NCBI GenBank assembly: GCA_017608345.1
Contig: JAFCGA010000001.1
Coordinates: 171,036-235,035, forward strand
DNA from: Candidatus Pacearchaeota archaeon
Lineage (GTDB): Archaea > Nanobdellota > Nanobdellia > UBA10117 > JAFCGA01
Length of the DNA: 64,000 nucleotides
Direction of reading: 5' to 3'
The notes below the pieces were generated by a model that saw nothing but the letters and a program-made list of their open reading frames with translations, was not told the DNA's origin and ran no database searches. The first letter of the stretch is position 1. Each line of letters starts with the position of its first letter. Of the stretch, positions 47,037 to 55,753 are shown in pieces. A program made the position numbers and the translations under genes.

Positions 47037-47444
47037 CTATTCTTCCGCTAAAAGATTGCTCAGCTCTGAAGTTACTGTACCGATAGAATACTCCCCGAGA
47101 GCTTTTCCGTGGATAAAATTACCTTCGAAATCCGAAGTAAATGGATTATATCTCTCAAGCGGAGTCTCAGATCTAAAATAAAGGATTGTACGTGTATTCT
47201 GAGATCCGATCTCGAGGATTATTGGCACTCCTCCGCTTTTGAGCTGGTAAACTAACTTCAGCGCGTCAGGAATTTTTGGTAAACCTTCTTTAATAATAAC
47301 ATAATCTCCCGAATCATTGCCTACAGGGATTTTAGCGCCTTTAGCCCTGCGAATGCGCTCGACAGAAGACAGCACCGGCTGCTGATTCATCACATCGATC
47401 AGGCCCTTAGCACTCTGTTTTAACAGTTCGAGAGAGATTTTCAT
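47037..47444 (-). CDS. Hypothetical protein
   Basis: ATG 47444 (MKISLE..) about 20 nt from a TATA-like box shared with the divergent 47495 gene. Confidence 0.5.
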   Translation of the reverse strand: MKISLELLKQSAKGLIDVMNQQPVLSSVERIRRAKGAKIPVGNDSGDYVIIKEGLPKIPDALKLVYQLKSGGVPIILEIGSQNTRTILYFRSETPLERYNPFTSDFEGNFIHGKALGEYSIGTVTSELSNLLAEE

Positions 47445-47494
47445 AAGCATTCAATAAGAGTAAATGTTAAAAGAGTACCTAACTAAACGAAGTC

Positions 47495-47857
47495 ATGGTA
47501 ACTCAAGAAGAAGCTCAGCAATATCTCGGAAGAACAAAGATAAATGGAATAGATGGATTACTAATTGATAACAGAGGCGCACTACAGCACATTGCGTGGG
47601 TAAGGGATCCAACTCCGAATATTAACAATAAACTAACTATATACGCCAGACTAAGAAGGACTACAATTCCTTACGAAGCACTAATGGTCGAAGATAATAA
47701 GCTAAAGGTAGAAAAAAGCGTGTCGTTCCTATATATAGATTATCAGGACTCCTTAGCATTCAAACAATTAGATGGTTTACTTGAAGCCGCGGGTATATCT
47801 AAAGATAATCCTTCAGAACTTCCGACCATGCATATCGGCTTTCCCGGTTTTGAGTAA
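47495..47857 (+). CDS. Hypothetical protein
   Basis: 120-aa ORF; ttaaaag 47467-47473 lies 22 nt upstream of the ATG. Confidence 0.5.
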   Translation: MVTQEEAQQYLGRTKINGIDGLLIDNRGALQHIAWVRDPTPNINNKLTIYARLRRTTIPYEALMVEDNKLKVEKSVSFLYIDYQDSLAFKQLDGLLEAAGISKDNPSELPTMHIGFPGFE

Positions 47858-47916
47858 TTCGAAGAGAATTAACAGCAAAATTTAAAAGCATCACTAACTC
47901 TATCTTATCGATAACG

Positions 47917-48006
47917 ATGGTACCTCCAAAAGGGATTAGTACAAATGGAAAAATGATTGATCTTGGCTATTTCCCAACCAAGCAAACGCATAAAGTAAGG
48001 ATTTAA
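47917..48006 (+). pseudogene. 29-aa ORF resembling a fragment of an AP2-type DNA-binding domain
   Basis: MVPPKGISTNGKMIDLGYFPTKQTHKVRI; NGK-x-I-x-LGYF-x-T resembles the AP2 core of phage/homing-endonuclease-associated proteins; TATA-like tttaaaag 47881-47888. Confidence 0.2.
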
Positions 48007-48446
48007 TCAGTAATTTCTTCTCCGCTAGCTGGCGCAGAATATATTCTACTTGCTAGATTTAATCCAACTTCAACATATTTTATTTGATCAGCAAAACTTA
48101 TCTCATCAGAAGAAGCACTAATCTCTTCTATTTTCGGCTTAGGTGGCTCGCGATCACAGAAACGATCTTTAATATATAGTGCTACGCTTGCTGTGCCATC
48201 TGCTTCGTGCCCAAGATATATTTTAACATGTCTAGAAAGCAAGCTGTGCACTTCAGATATGTATATCACATCTGAAAAATCGTGGGTATGATCAGAGTAC
48301 ACTCCTTCGACTTCGTACAGAAAACCACTCCCTAATCTGGTCTCTCTTATCTCCAAATCTGCAATTTCATGATCTGAATCGAGTCCGTGCTCGAAGAAAT
48401 CTTTTACTAGAGCTCTTGTTTTGTCGTCTAAACCATCGGGTTTCAT
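48003..48446 (-). CDS. Hypothetical acidic protein
   Basis: 147-aa ORF starting 12 nt after the upstream 48459 gene stop (likely co-transcribed). Confidence 0.5.
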   Translation of the reverse strand: MKPDGLDDKTRALVKDFFEHGLDSDHEIADLEIRETRLGSGFLYEVEGVYSDHTHDFSDVIYISEVHSLLSRHVKIYLGHEADGTASVALYIKDRFCDREPPKPKIEEISASSDEISFADQIKYVEVGLNLASRIYSAPASGEEITD

Positions 48447-48458
48447 ATTAATGATTTA

Positions 48459-48980
48459 TTACAAACGCAGGAAAAGCGTCTCGTAAGGGAATTCAGGCGT
48501 GCCGTTACCTACTTCATCTCTTACGTACAGTCCTTTATCTCCGTGGAAGGCTAGCTTCATCGGCAGCCTATCACCGCGAACGCTAAACATCGCATAATCC
48601 TCTATTTTCTCACCTTGATAAATAATTAAAATAATTTGTCTATCTTCATCTGACAGTTTTAATCTCTTAAATGTTATCCGCTTGGAAGAGTTCCAGTCTG
48701 GCTGTATTCCTTGACTGAATAGTTCTCGCTCTTCAATCGTATTAGCGATAATATCTTCTGCCTTGCTCGCCGGACGAACCCAGCCAGTAATTAATTTATC
48801 ATAGTGCTCTAGGGGCATAGAGTGGTATGTATTAAATCCGTGTCTGTAATACATTTCCAGCTGCTGCCCTGCTGATCCGAAAACTCTCTTGGATCGAGTA
48901 ACAAAAGAATCAAAATTACTACTATTTAGCTCAAATACATCTAATCCATTTACTAGCTGAACTAAGCTCTCGTGATTCAT
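48459..48980 (-). CDS. Hypothetical protein
   Basis: 173-aa ORF; TATA-like tcttttaagg upstream. Confidence 0.5.
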   Translation of the reverse strand: MNHESLVQLVNGLDVFELNSSNFDSFVTRSKRVFGSAGQQLEMYYRHGFNTYHSMPLEHYDKLITGWVRPASKAEDIIANTIEERELFSQGIQPDWNSSKRITFKRLKLSDEDRQIILIIYQGEKIEDYAMFSVRGDRLPMKLAFHGDKGLYVRDEVGNGTPEFPYETLFLRL

Positions 48981-49038
48981 ATGCTTCCCTTATTCGGAAA
49001 CCTTAAAAGACCACCGAAAACAATCTAACCTTAACGCT

Positions 49039-49329
49039 TTATGTTCTGCCCCGCTTCCAGAAAGCTAGCCGCCATCGCGGCTTTGATTGCGGAGATTCAG
49101 CAGGCTCCTTCAGCTTAAATAAACCACTTAGTTCAGCGCGCATATCTCCCAAATCCGAAGACGGCAATTCTTTTATTTGCAAACGATAGTCATTAAAACC
49201 AAAACTCCACCTATACCCTTCCAGCTGTTCTGCGCATAATAAATCAATATACATAAAGCTATTTTTCGGAGGATCTACCTTAATAACTATTGGAGAAAGC
49301 TCACTACCATCATGATATCTAATTTCCAT
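49039..49329 (-). CDS. Hypothetical protein
   Basis: 96-aa ORF; TATA-like ggttaagaattg upstream. Confidence 0.45.
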   Translation of the reverse strand: MEIRYHDGSELSPIVIKVDPPKNSFMYIDLLCAEQLEGYRWSFGFNDYRLQIKELPSSDLGDMRAELSGLFKLKEPAESPQSKPRWRLAFWKRGRT

Positions 49330-49355
49330 CGCCTTCCCGCGTCCTTTCGCAATTC

Positions 49356-49505
49356 TTAACCGATAGTAACTTCATACTGATCGTTCGCGGTAAATGATTT
49401 ACCTAATGCTTTTTCTAAATCCGACCAAGTAGTCAGCTCTTCCTCAGCTAGCACCTCCAGAAGATCCCTTGCACATCCAGCTAAGTACTTCTTATCAATT
49501 TTCAT
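49356..49505 (-). CDS. Small hypothetical protein (49 aa)
   Basis: ATG 49505 (MKIDKKYLAG..) about 27 nt after TATA-like tttttttaattc; the longer ORF-track version overlaps the 49537 gene. Confidence 0.45.
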   Translation of the reverse strand: MKIDKKYLAGCARDLLEVLAEEELTTWSDLEKALGKSFTANDQYEVTIG

Positions 49506-49536
49506 ATTAGTAATCTTAAGGAAAGAATTAAAAAAA

Positions 49537-49968
49537 CTACTGCGATTGACCAGTAAGAGCCTTATATCTACTAGCAATGTACTCAGCAGGACCAGCTATA
49601 TCCCTTTTCTCAAACCAGCTAATTTCTTCAGGAAGGATATCTATGAGCACTCCGCTACGACTAGCTCTCGGCGTGGAACGCTCATACATTAAGCGGGAGA
49701 AAACACCAAGCATAACACTCTCCACATTATCTTGAAGTAATTCATGAGCTAAAATAATACCGTGCAGATTTTCGAATCCGCCGAGCGTCGGCTCTATTAC
49801 TGCCAGAGTAGGAAGTCCTCTCTCTCTGAGAATCGGATTAACATCAGTTGTAACTTTCGCTCGTGCTACTTCTGTTGTTAAAGATATTCCTTGCTTCTTT
49901 AGATAATAAGTTAGAATAAAGTACTGATCATTATCTGGCTCTGCAACTAGCATATATGGGTTCTTCAT
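49537..49968 (-). CDS. Hypothetical protein (alpha/beta, faintly receiver-like)
   Basis: 143-aa ORF; TATA-like agtttttaagag upstream; MLVAEPDND.. start resembles CheY-like folds, but no conserved Asp/Lys pattern could be verified. Confidence 0.45.
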   Translation of the reverse strand: MKNPYMLVAEPDNDQYFILTYYLKKQGISLTTEVARAKVTTDVNPILRERGLPTLAVIEPTLGGFENLHGIILAHELLQDNVESVMLGVFSRLMYERSTPRASRSGVLIDILPEEISWFEKRDIAGPAEYIASRYKALTGQSQ

Positions 49969-50019
49969 AAGTTCACATTATTAAGAACTCTTAAAAACTT
50001 ATCGAGAGCGCTGCGCTCA

Positions 50020-50586
50020 CTAATGAACAATTTGCCCGCGCTCGATCCGGTAGTTCCACCAACCCCTAAAATCTTCTTCATAATTGCGCTCTCCGATATC
50101 CACAACCATTCCGTCATCAAAACATTCCCCCGATAAATAGTCCATATGACTCAAAATATCTGCCAACTCTTGCGAATTCTTTATTTGGTAGGTATCCCCG
50201 ATGGCCTTAATCAGACGACGATTATTCCTTACAATAGCTGCGTCTAACGCCAGATTCAATTCAATACCTCTACTTTTTTCACTTACTATATGCCTCGATA
50301 CTATCTCATCCAGCTCGCCGAAATCTTGAGTGGAAATCAATTTCTTCACATATTTCGACAGTCGCCAGAACATATTTAAATTATAATGCCCTCTTATCGT
50401 CTTAGCAGTAGCATAATCCCCTTCAGCAATCATACTTATCACTATACCCTTTGCATATTTTGTGAAATCTTTATGAGAAAGCTTTGTCTCGGTTCTGATT
50501 GCATCAACAGCTTCAAAATTAAGATCATCTAAGCAAGAATATATTCTAGCTCGTATTGTTTTTTCGTTATTGCTAATTTGTTCCAT
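50020..50586 (-). CDS. Hypothetical protein
   Basis: ATG 50586 (MEQISNNEK..) preferred to the TTG at 50598; directly follows the 50603 gene (likely co-transcribed). Confidence 0.5.
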   Translation of the reverse strand: MEQISNNEKTIRARIYSCLDDLNFEAVDAIRTETKLSHKDFTKYAKGIVISMIAEGDYATAKTIRGHYNLNMFWRLSKYVKKLISTQDFGELDEIVSRHIVSEKSRGIELNLALDAAIVRNNRRLIKAIGDTYQIKNSQELADILSHMDYLSGECFDDGMVVDIGERNYEEDFRGWWNYRIERGQIVH

Positions 50587-50602
50587 CTTAAAAATCAAAA
50601 GA

Positions 50603-51163
50603 TTAGTTAGGTCTCTCCTTTAACTTATGGAAGCTCATTTCTAGCGGAATACCTTGCTCATCGCGCATTTTATCTGCTTCGAATGCTTGATATCCAAATT
50701 TCTCGCCTCGTCCAGCTTGATGGAACTGCAGATGTATTTCACGATTATCAATCTCCATTGATCCAAGGTATGTTCCATAATGATAAAACCTATCTCGATT
50801 TAGTTTGACAATGCTATGCTTCGCTGCTTCTTTTGGAATTTCAATAAAATATCTTCTTAAAACTAGCTCCATTATCATGCTACCAATATAACCCGGTCTA
50901 TCTGAAGGGACAGCTACATACTGGTTTACAGGTAACCTAAATTTATTAGCATCGATTATCCTGTGCCAAAGACTGTCTGCTTTTTCTCCCATCTCAAAAA
51001 GGAAAGCGACTGTCCCAGAGCAATTGGAAACAATATTTGTCTCAGGAATAATCGGAAGATCAGCAAAATGAAGATTATCTAATAAATACTCAATTTTATT
51101 CACAACTGGAGATTCAGCTACTCTACGTGCTATCTCCGCACCGATTACAGATTGAATAGTCAT
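50603..51163 (-). CDS. Hypothetical protein
   Basis: 186-aa ORF; TATA-like acttaaaagc (51185-51193) 22-30 nt upstream of the ATG. Confidence 0.5.
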   Translation of the reverse strand: MTIQSVIGAEIARRVAESPVVNKIEYLLDNLHFADLPIIPETNIVSNCSGTVAFLFEMGEKADSLWHRIIDANKFRLPVNQYVAVPSDRPGYIGSMIMELVLRRYFIEIPKEAAKHSIVKLNRDRFYHYGTYLGSMEIDNREIHLQFHQAGRGEKFGYQAFEADKMRDEQGIPLEMSFHKLKERPN

Positions 51164-51184
51164 ATCTCTAAATATAATATATAA

Positions 51185-51216
51185 CTTAAAAGCTTTTTCC
51201 TACGAAATCGCTATAC
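51185..51216. promoter_or_regulatory. TATA-like box plus recurrent motif CCTACGAAATCGCTATAC
   Basis: acttaaaagc 51185-51193, then ctttttcc, then motif 51199-51216; same architecture as 7941-7973. Confidence 0.45.
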
Positions 51217-51286
51217 TCAAAACTTAGAAAATAAAAAAATAAAGAGAGCTAAAAACTCTCATAAAATAGTATAAAAACTAACTTAA

Positions 51287-51469
51287 TTAGTATCTACTTG
51301 GTCGTCTCTTAGCATAGCAGTCTTTACAGTAAACCGGTCTTGGATTACCTTGTGCGTCATTACTTGGTTTGAACGGAACTTTACAGTCCTTTCCACACTC
51401 TGAACACTTTGCGTCAAACATCTCTCGCTCGCCGAAATCTTTTCGGGGAGCTCTATCGAAATTTCCCAT
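51287..51469 (-). CDS. Zinc-ribbon protein of the CxxC..CxxC (FKP..RPVYC) family
   Basis: 60 aa; CSECGKDCKVPFKPSNDAQGNPRPVYCKDCY; preceded by aaggagg SD-like element and a leader of about 60 nt; overlapping ORF 51283-51534 judged spurious. Confidence 0.7.
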   Translation of the reverse strand: MGNFDRAPRKDFGEREMFDAKCSECGKDCKVPFKPSNDAQGNPRPVYCKDCYAKRRPSRY

Positions 51470-51529
51470 ATTCGTTTCCTCCTTATCTTTGAGGAAACTA
51501 ACATCTCCTCTAATAATAGCTTATTTTCG

Positions 51530-51565
51530 AGCATTTAAAAGGTTTTGCTTTAAGAAACGCTATAC
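51530..51565. promoter_or_regulatory. TATA-like box plus recurrent motif (variant CTTTAAGAAACGCTATAC)
   Basis: gcatttaaaagg 51530-51541, then motif 51548-51565; upstream of the zinc-ribbon gene. Confidence 0.4.
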
Positions 51566-51613
51566 TGCTCTGAAAAGTGAATCAAGTGATGTCTTAGACG
51601 TTGAAGAGTAATT

Positions 51614-51979
51614 TTACTCGCTTGATTCAAATTCTATGTCTAATTTATCCTTAAGATCTGGCTTCGATCCGATAAATTCGGACCACTTATTAGGTAGCTG
51701 GCCGAGAAAATTATTAAGCGTCGGAGCGCGTCCAGCCCAAGTATTATGCGCTTGCATTTCATAAGATAAGTCCTCAAATACTTTCGATTTCCTAAGATTT
51801 TTATAAAACACGTCTGAGAATAGCGAAGAAATTACTTCTGCGCCCAATTCTGGTTTTTCTTTCAAGACCGTACGAAGTAAGATTCCATAGTTCATACCCC
51901 TGCTCCGCCTTCGAGCACCCACATAAGAACCAAAGTCATACGCAGTAGTTTCAAATAATTTGCTATCCATAATAACCAC
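51614..51979 (-). CDS. Hypothetical protein
   Basis: 121-aa ORF; TATA-like gttttttatgc upstream. Confidence 0.5.
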   Translation of the reverse strand: MVIMDSKLFETTAYDFGSYVGARRRSRGMNYGILLRTVLKEKPELGAEVISSLFSDVFYKNLRKSKVFEDLSYEMQAHNTWAGRAPTLNNFLGQLPNKWSEFIGSKPDLKDKLDIEFESSE

Positions 51980-52004
51980 TAATCAAAAAAGCATAAAAAA
52001 CTTA

Positions 52005-52571
52005 CTAACGCGCGCTGTAAAGATGCGTAGCAACTGGGAGTCCAAGTATCTTAGCAGGAGTATTTCCTTCGAGAAACATGACCTCGCTTAATTCCTCGCT
52101 CCAGCTAGTATATATCTCCAAGCTGAAACCGAGACCCCATTCCATTTGATCACCTCTAGCTATTTGTTCCAAATTCACAGATATGGGGCGGAGTAATAGA
52201 GCTGAATCTTCAGCGCTTTCAAGCTCTATCTTAACTGAAAAATACTTAACTTGTTCTTTGAACTTACTCGAAAGCTTCTGGAAAGTATCCGTAGCTGAAG
52301 CTAAGACTCTCAGATCCATATAAATATAAGAAGCAGCTTCTGAGCTATGTACTATGCCGCGCCAGTAATGTTTCATATCTGCAAGCGTAGCGAATATTGG
52401 CCTAGTTACATCTCCATCTTCGCGTCCAATAACTCCACTAAGTGTTAAATTCGGACGACTAGGACTCTGAATCTCGAGCAACTCCATATTTATATTATGG
52501 CTACCATATCGATTCATAAGAAACTCTAACCCGCTTGGCAAACTCGGTAGTTCTATAGCAGTATTATACAT
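52005..52571 (-). CDS. Hypothetical protein
   Basis: 188-aa ORF; TATA-like gtcttttaagatt upstream. Confidence 0.5.
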   Translation of the reverse strand: MYNTAIELPSLPSGLEFLMNRYGSHNINMELLEIQSPSRPNLTLSGVIGREDGDVTRPIFATLADMKHYWRGIVHSSEAASYIYMDLRVLASATDTFQKLSSKFKEQVKYFSVKIELESAEDSALLLRPISVNLEQIARGDQMEWGLGFSLEIYTSWSEELSEVMFLEGNTPAKILGLPVATHLYSAR

Positions 52572-52771
52572 ATTCTACTATCGATAGTTAATCTTAAAAG
52601 ACTATTTACAGAAAATTATTCACGTCCGGAGGAGTTAGAATATTATCAAAGACTGTGGCTTCGTACTTTATTTTCTGCATTACTACCAATAATCCTTTTG
52701 GCGAGTCTAATTCAATTTACTTTTTGTGTGATATTGAAAGATTATCTGCTCTAAGCAGAACAAATTAGCAA

Positions 52772-52933
52772 TTATTCCTCATCAATCGGAATTGAGACTG
52801 TCTCGTACTCTGGATCAAACCCCTTCCCGAGCATCCATAATCTTGCCTCATCCCCAATAGTAAAATTAGGAATAATCGATGGAGCATCAACACTAACCTC
52901 TCCAACTCCGTGCATATATACTGTATTTTCCAT
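52772..52933 (-). CDS. Small hypothetical protein (53 aa), below the ORF-track cutoff
   Basis: MENTVYMHGVGEVSVDAPSIIPNFTIGDEARLWMLGKGFDPEYETVSIPIDEE; TATA-like actttttaaatac about 20 nt upstream, shared with the divergent 52985 gene. Confidence 0.45.
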   Translation of the reverse strand: MENTVYMHGVGEVSVDAPSIIPNFTIGDEARLWMLGKGFDPEYETVSIPIDEE

Positions 52934-52984
52934 ACTCCTTCACTTCAGAGTAGTATTTAAAAAGTTTGCTTATTTCGAAGTAAT

Positions 52985-53329
52985 ATGGAAATCAATGCTG
53001 AGTACCTCTCGGAAACAGATCGCATAAAACACTCTATAAATATTAGCACTTTAGAAGCTGTAATTCTAACTCCCGCAGATTTCGATCCGAGCAAGGAAAC
53101 AACATTAATATTTTACCTCCGACAGGAATTATTAATTGCTAAATATGTAAATCAACAACAAATAAGCTTTAATCAATGGCACGATAGCGGAACTATTGCG
53201 AATCCAGGTTCTGAACTAAAGTTCCGTAGACGTATTAATAAAATCAGACCTGCTATTCCAATCATCTTATCTAAAGACGAGAGATACAATCTAATCTTGC
53301 CAGCTACTCTCCTGCGCGGCTTAATTTAG
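52985..53329 (+). CDS. Hypothetical protein
   Basis: 114-aa ORF; TATA-like tatttaaaaag about 22 nt upstream. Confidence 0.5.
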   Translation: MEINAEYLSETDRIKHSINISTLEAVILTPADFDPSKETTLIFYLRQELLIAKYVNQQQISFNQWHDSGTIANPGSELKFRRRINKIRPAIPIILSKDERYNLILPATLLRGLI

Positions 53330-53844
53330 TCGATTTTTGCTACTAGCACAGTATAGTTCTTTCCAAATTTCTTAGCACACTTCGGGCAAGTCGTATAGTA
53401 AAAATACAGCTTCTTGAGCTCCTTTTCCTTGGACTTGACAAACTCATTCATCTCTGCGATCCACTTCTTCATGTTTTTATATGATCCTTCAAATACTTTC
53501 GTTAAGTAGGTTCCGGATAGCTTGATATTTTCAGCGCCTGCGACCTCTTTTGTTACAGATATATACAGATCCACGCCCCACTTTGATTTTTCATCTGACA
53601 AAAAAATTGGATTCTCATCCTCCGCATCAGCAGCCTTTATTTTAGTCATATTCTTCACAACAACCTTCCCAAAATTCAGGGGTATGTGAAACAAGCTAGT
53701 AACTTTATCTTTAACAAATAATTTATCCTTCCACGTAATCTCCTTTTCATCCCACGGCTTCGGATCGAACCGCTTGCAGCAAATTGCCTCTTGAGAATTA
53801 TCTTTAGTCTCAGTAGTTTCTTGAGAATTATCTTCAGTTTCCAT
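53326..53844 (-). CDS. Conserved hypothetical protein (CC-x-x-FDP-x-PWD N-terminal motif, C-terminal CPKC)
   Basis: 172 aa; CCKRFDPKPWDEKEITWKDKLFVKDKV..FHIPLNFG.. resembles an uncharacterised family seen in methanogens and clostridia (recollection only); N-terminal 27-nt tandem duplication (ETEDNSQET/ETKDNSQEA). Confidence 0.45.
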   Translation of the reverse strand: METEDNSQETTETKDNSQEAICCKRFDPKPWDEKEITWKDKLFVKDKVTSLFHIPLNFGKVVVKNMTKIKAADAEDENPIFLSDEKSKWGVDLYISVTKEVAGAENIKLSGTYLTKVFEGSYKNMKKWIAEMNEFVKSKEKELKKLYFYYTTCPKCAKKFGKNYTVLVAKID

Positions 53845-53946
53845 AAAATATCTAAGAAATTAAAATTTATAAGACTAACTATATTAAATTAAACCAAATC
53901 TTAATCTAATGTCCTATATTTCCGCTAATAATCGCCATTTCAGCAA

Positions 53947-54366
53947 TTAGGATGTTGCGCTTCTGTCCCTTTTGCGGAAAATACTCCAAGAACGCTTTCG
54001 CTTAGCCTCTTCTTTAATTGCATACTTAGATATTCTTCGAATCTGCTCAGTACTCATAGCTAGCGTCTTTACACTTAATGTTATGCGATTTAAGATCATA
54101 TCAATTCTGCGATTAACAGAATGTAATTCATACCCCAGCGAGGTCTTATTTACGCTATCAATCTCGCTTAACGCTTTTGCTGCGAGATAGGGTGTTAACC
54201 GCTTCTCGATTTCTACTTTCTCCTCCTCGAGCACCGCTAGCTCTTCAAACTCCGCAGTTAAGCGCTTTGATTTCCGATTATCCTCCTTGAGATTCTTGAT
54301 AGCAAGTATAGATAACTTTTCGTCTTTGAGAATATCCCTAACTCTCTGTAGATGCTTATGTTCCAT
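53947..54366 (-). CDS. Hypothetical coiled-coil protein
   Basis: 139-aa ORF; TATA-like ggttatatac upstream. Confidence 0.5.
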   Translation of the reverse strand: MEHKHLQRVRDILKDEKLSILAIKNLKEDNRKSKRLTAEFEELAVLEEEKVEIEKRLTPYLAAKALSEIDSVNKTSLGYELHSVNRRIDMILNRITLSVKTLAMSTEQIRRISKYAIKEEAKRKRSWSIFRKRDRSATS

Positions 54367-54498
54367 AAATATATATCATTAGAAGTTGTATATAACCTTA
54401 TTTATTAACCATTAAACCATTTAACAACCAGAACAACAGCAATAAAAAATATAGCAACTCTCGCTATGCCTAATGCAAATTCAGTATCCATCGCTCGA

Positions 54499-54795
54499 TT
54501 ACTTAACATAGCCAGCAGTCATTTTAGCACTGAGAACTATTCCAATAATTCTAAAAATATATCCAACGAGGGGAATAAATCCGAGTATAGCCATTACTAG
54601 CAAAATCACGCTAGTAGTTACCTTCTGCTTCTGGACTGCAAACAAAGCTATCAATACTACTGCTACAACTGTCGCGCCACTAAGGAATATGATACTAATT
54701 AGCGGTATCAAACTTAGCGCGAAGAGGATCAGAATTACTATTGATAATACCTTAAGGACTAATGCTATCGAATCATCCTTCTGCTTATTTGCCAT
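54499..54795 (-). CDS. Small membrane protein
   Basis: 98-aa ORF, three TM helices. Confidence 0.5.
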   Translation of the reverse strand: MANKQKDDSIALVLKVLSIVILILFALSLIPLISIIFLSGATVVAVVLIALFAVQKQKVTTSVILLVMAILGFIPLVGYIFRIIGIVLSAKMTAGYVK

Positions 54796-54825
54796 ATATG
54801 AAAGAGTCTTTCCCGCTATTTAAAT

Positions 54826-55734
54826 TTAACTACTTTCTAAATCTAAAACCGCAAATATTGGATAATGGTCTGAGACAGCAGTGGTTTCTTCTTCAGACAA
54901 GTTATATTCTAAATCAAATCGATCAATTCCGTAACCAAGGATATTATCGCTTAAATCTTCTGTAACAATTATGCGATCATAAGCACAATCCGTGGATTTT
55001 GTCGTGGTATCCGCAGTTTCAGGAACTATCCATTCCAATTCAGATAATTCATCTTTCTTATAATAGCTGCAATCGGCATTCAAATCTCCAAGTATTATAA
55101 ATTCTGTCTCGCCAGGAAAGCTTTGTTTGGCATCTTCTAGCACATATTCGAGATTAGCTATCTCACTTTCAGCATCCTTCGGCTTAGTATGGATTTGAAT
55201 TATTACAAAATTAAGATCTCCAGAAGCAAACTTAGCCACGAACGGCTCCCGCTCAAATACATCCTCCGGGTCATCATAGACATAAGAACTAACGTAAGTT
55301 AGCTTTCGGGGATTGTAGATGTAGGCATATTGCTCCTTGCTCGAGCTTCTCCCAAGACGGTCGCTAATAACATATTCCTGCCCCGGCAAGCGCTCTGCTA
55401 ACGAAGGAAACGCAGTGTTAGACTTGTCTCTTATTTCTTGAATAGAAACGAGATCATAGTCCTCGAGAATATCATCAAGAACATCCATAACCTCTTCTTT
55501 GCCAGCTTTTGTTTTACCAAAGACTTGGATATTGAAATTCCCAATAACTAATTTGTTTGAATCATTAACGAACTCTGAAAAATCTTCTAGCAATTCATAC
55601 TTGGATTCTGGCTCGATAGAGACTGCTGTAGCTCCGCCAGTTATGCCTGCTCCGGATTGATCTATGCAGCCGCTAACAAAAATAAGTCCGATAAATAGAA
55701 CTATTACTATTGCTGGATTCAGTCCCAAACGCAT
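54826..55734 (-). CDS. Secreted endonuclease/exonuclease/phosphatase (DNase I-like) family lipoprotein
   Basis: 302 aa; signal peptide plus lipobox-like FVSGC; EEP motifs GNFNIQVFG, VSIQEI, GDLNAD, SDHYPIF. Confidence 0.8.
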   Translation of the reverse strand: MRLGLNPAIVIVLFIGLIFVSGCIDQSGAGITGGATAVSIEPESKYELLEDFSEFVNDSNKLVIGNFNIQVFGKTKAGKEEVMDVLDDILEDYDLVSIQEIRDKSNTAFPSLAERLPGQEYVISDRLGRSSSKEQYAYIYNPRKLTYVSSYVYDDPEDVFEREPFVAKFASGDLNFVIIQIHTKPKDAESEIANLEYVLEDAKQSFPGETEFIILGDLNADCSYYKKDELSELEWIVPETADTTTKSTDCAYDRIIVTEDLSDNILGYGIDRFDLEYNLSEEETTAVSDHYPIFAVLDLESS

Positions 55735-55753
55735 CTTATTCTATTTCCTTTAT

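Noticed and set aside
51283-51611. ORFs 51283-51534 (-) and 51369-51611 (+)
   Set aside because: They overlap the well-supported zinc-ribbon gene in other frames and extend across its promoter and leader.
43607-53844. Integrated virus or plasmid interpretation of the orphan-gene block
   Set aside because: No integrase, capsid, packaging or replication genes are recognisable. There are no flanking att-like direct repeats and no tRNA target. The only hint is a 29-aa AP2-like fragment.
54405-54491. 28-aa single-TM ORF (MDTEFALGIARVAIFFIAVVLVVKWFNG) on the minus strand
   Set aside because: It is plausible but has no clear promoter of its own, and no conservation can be judged, so it was not listed as a feature.
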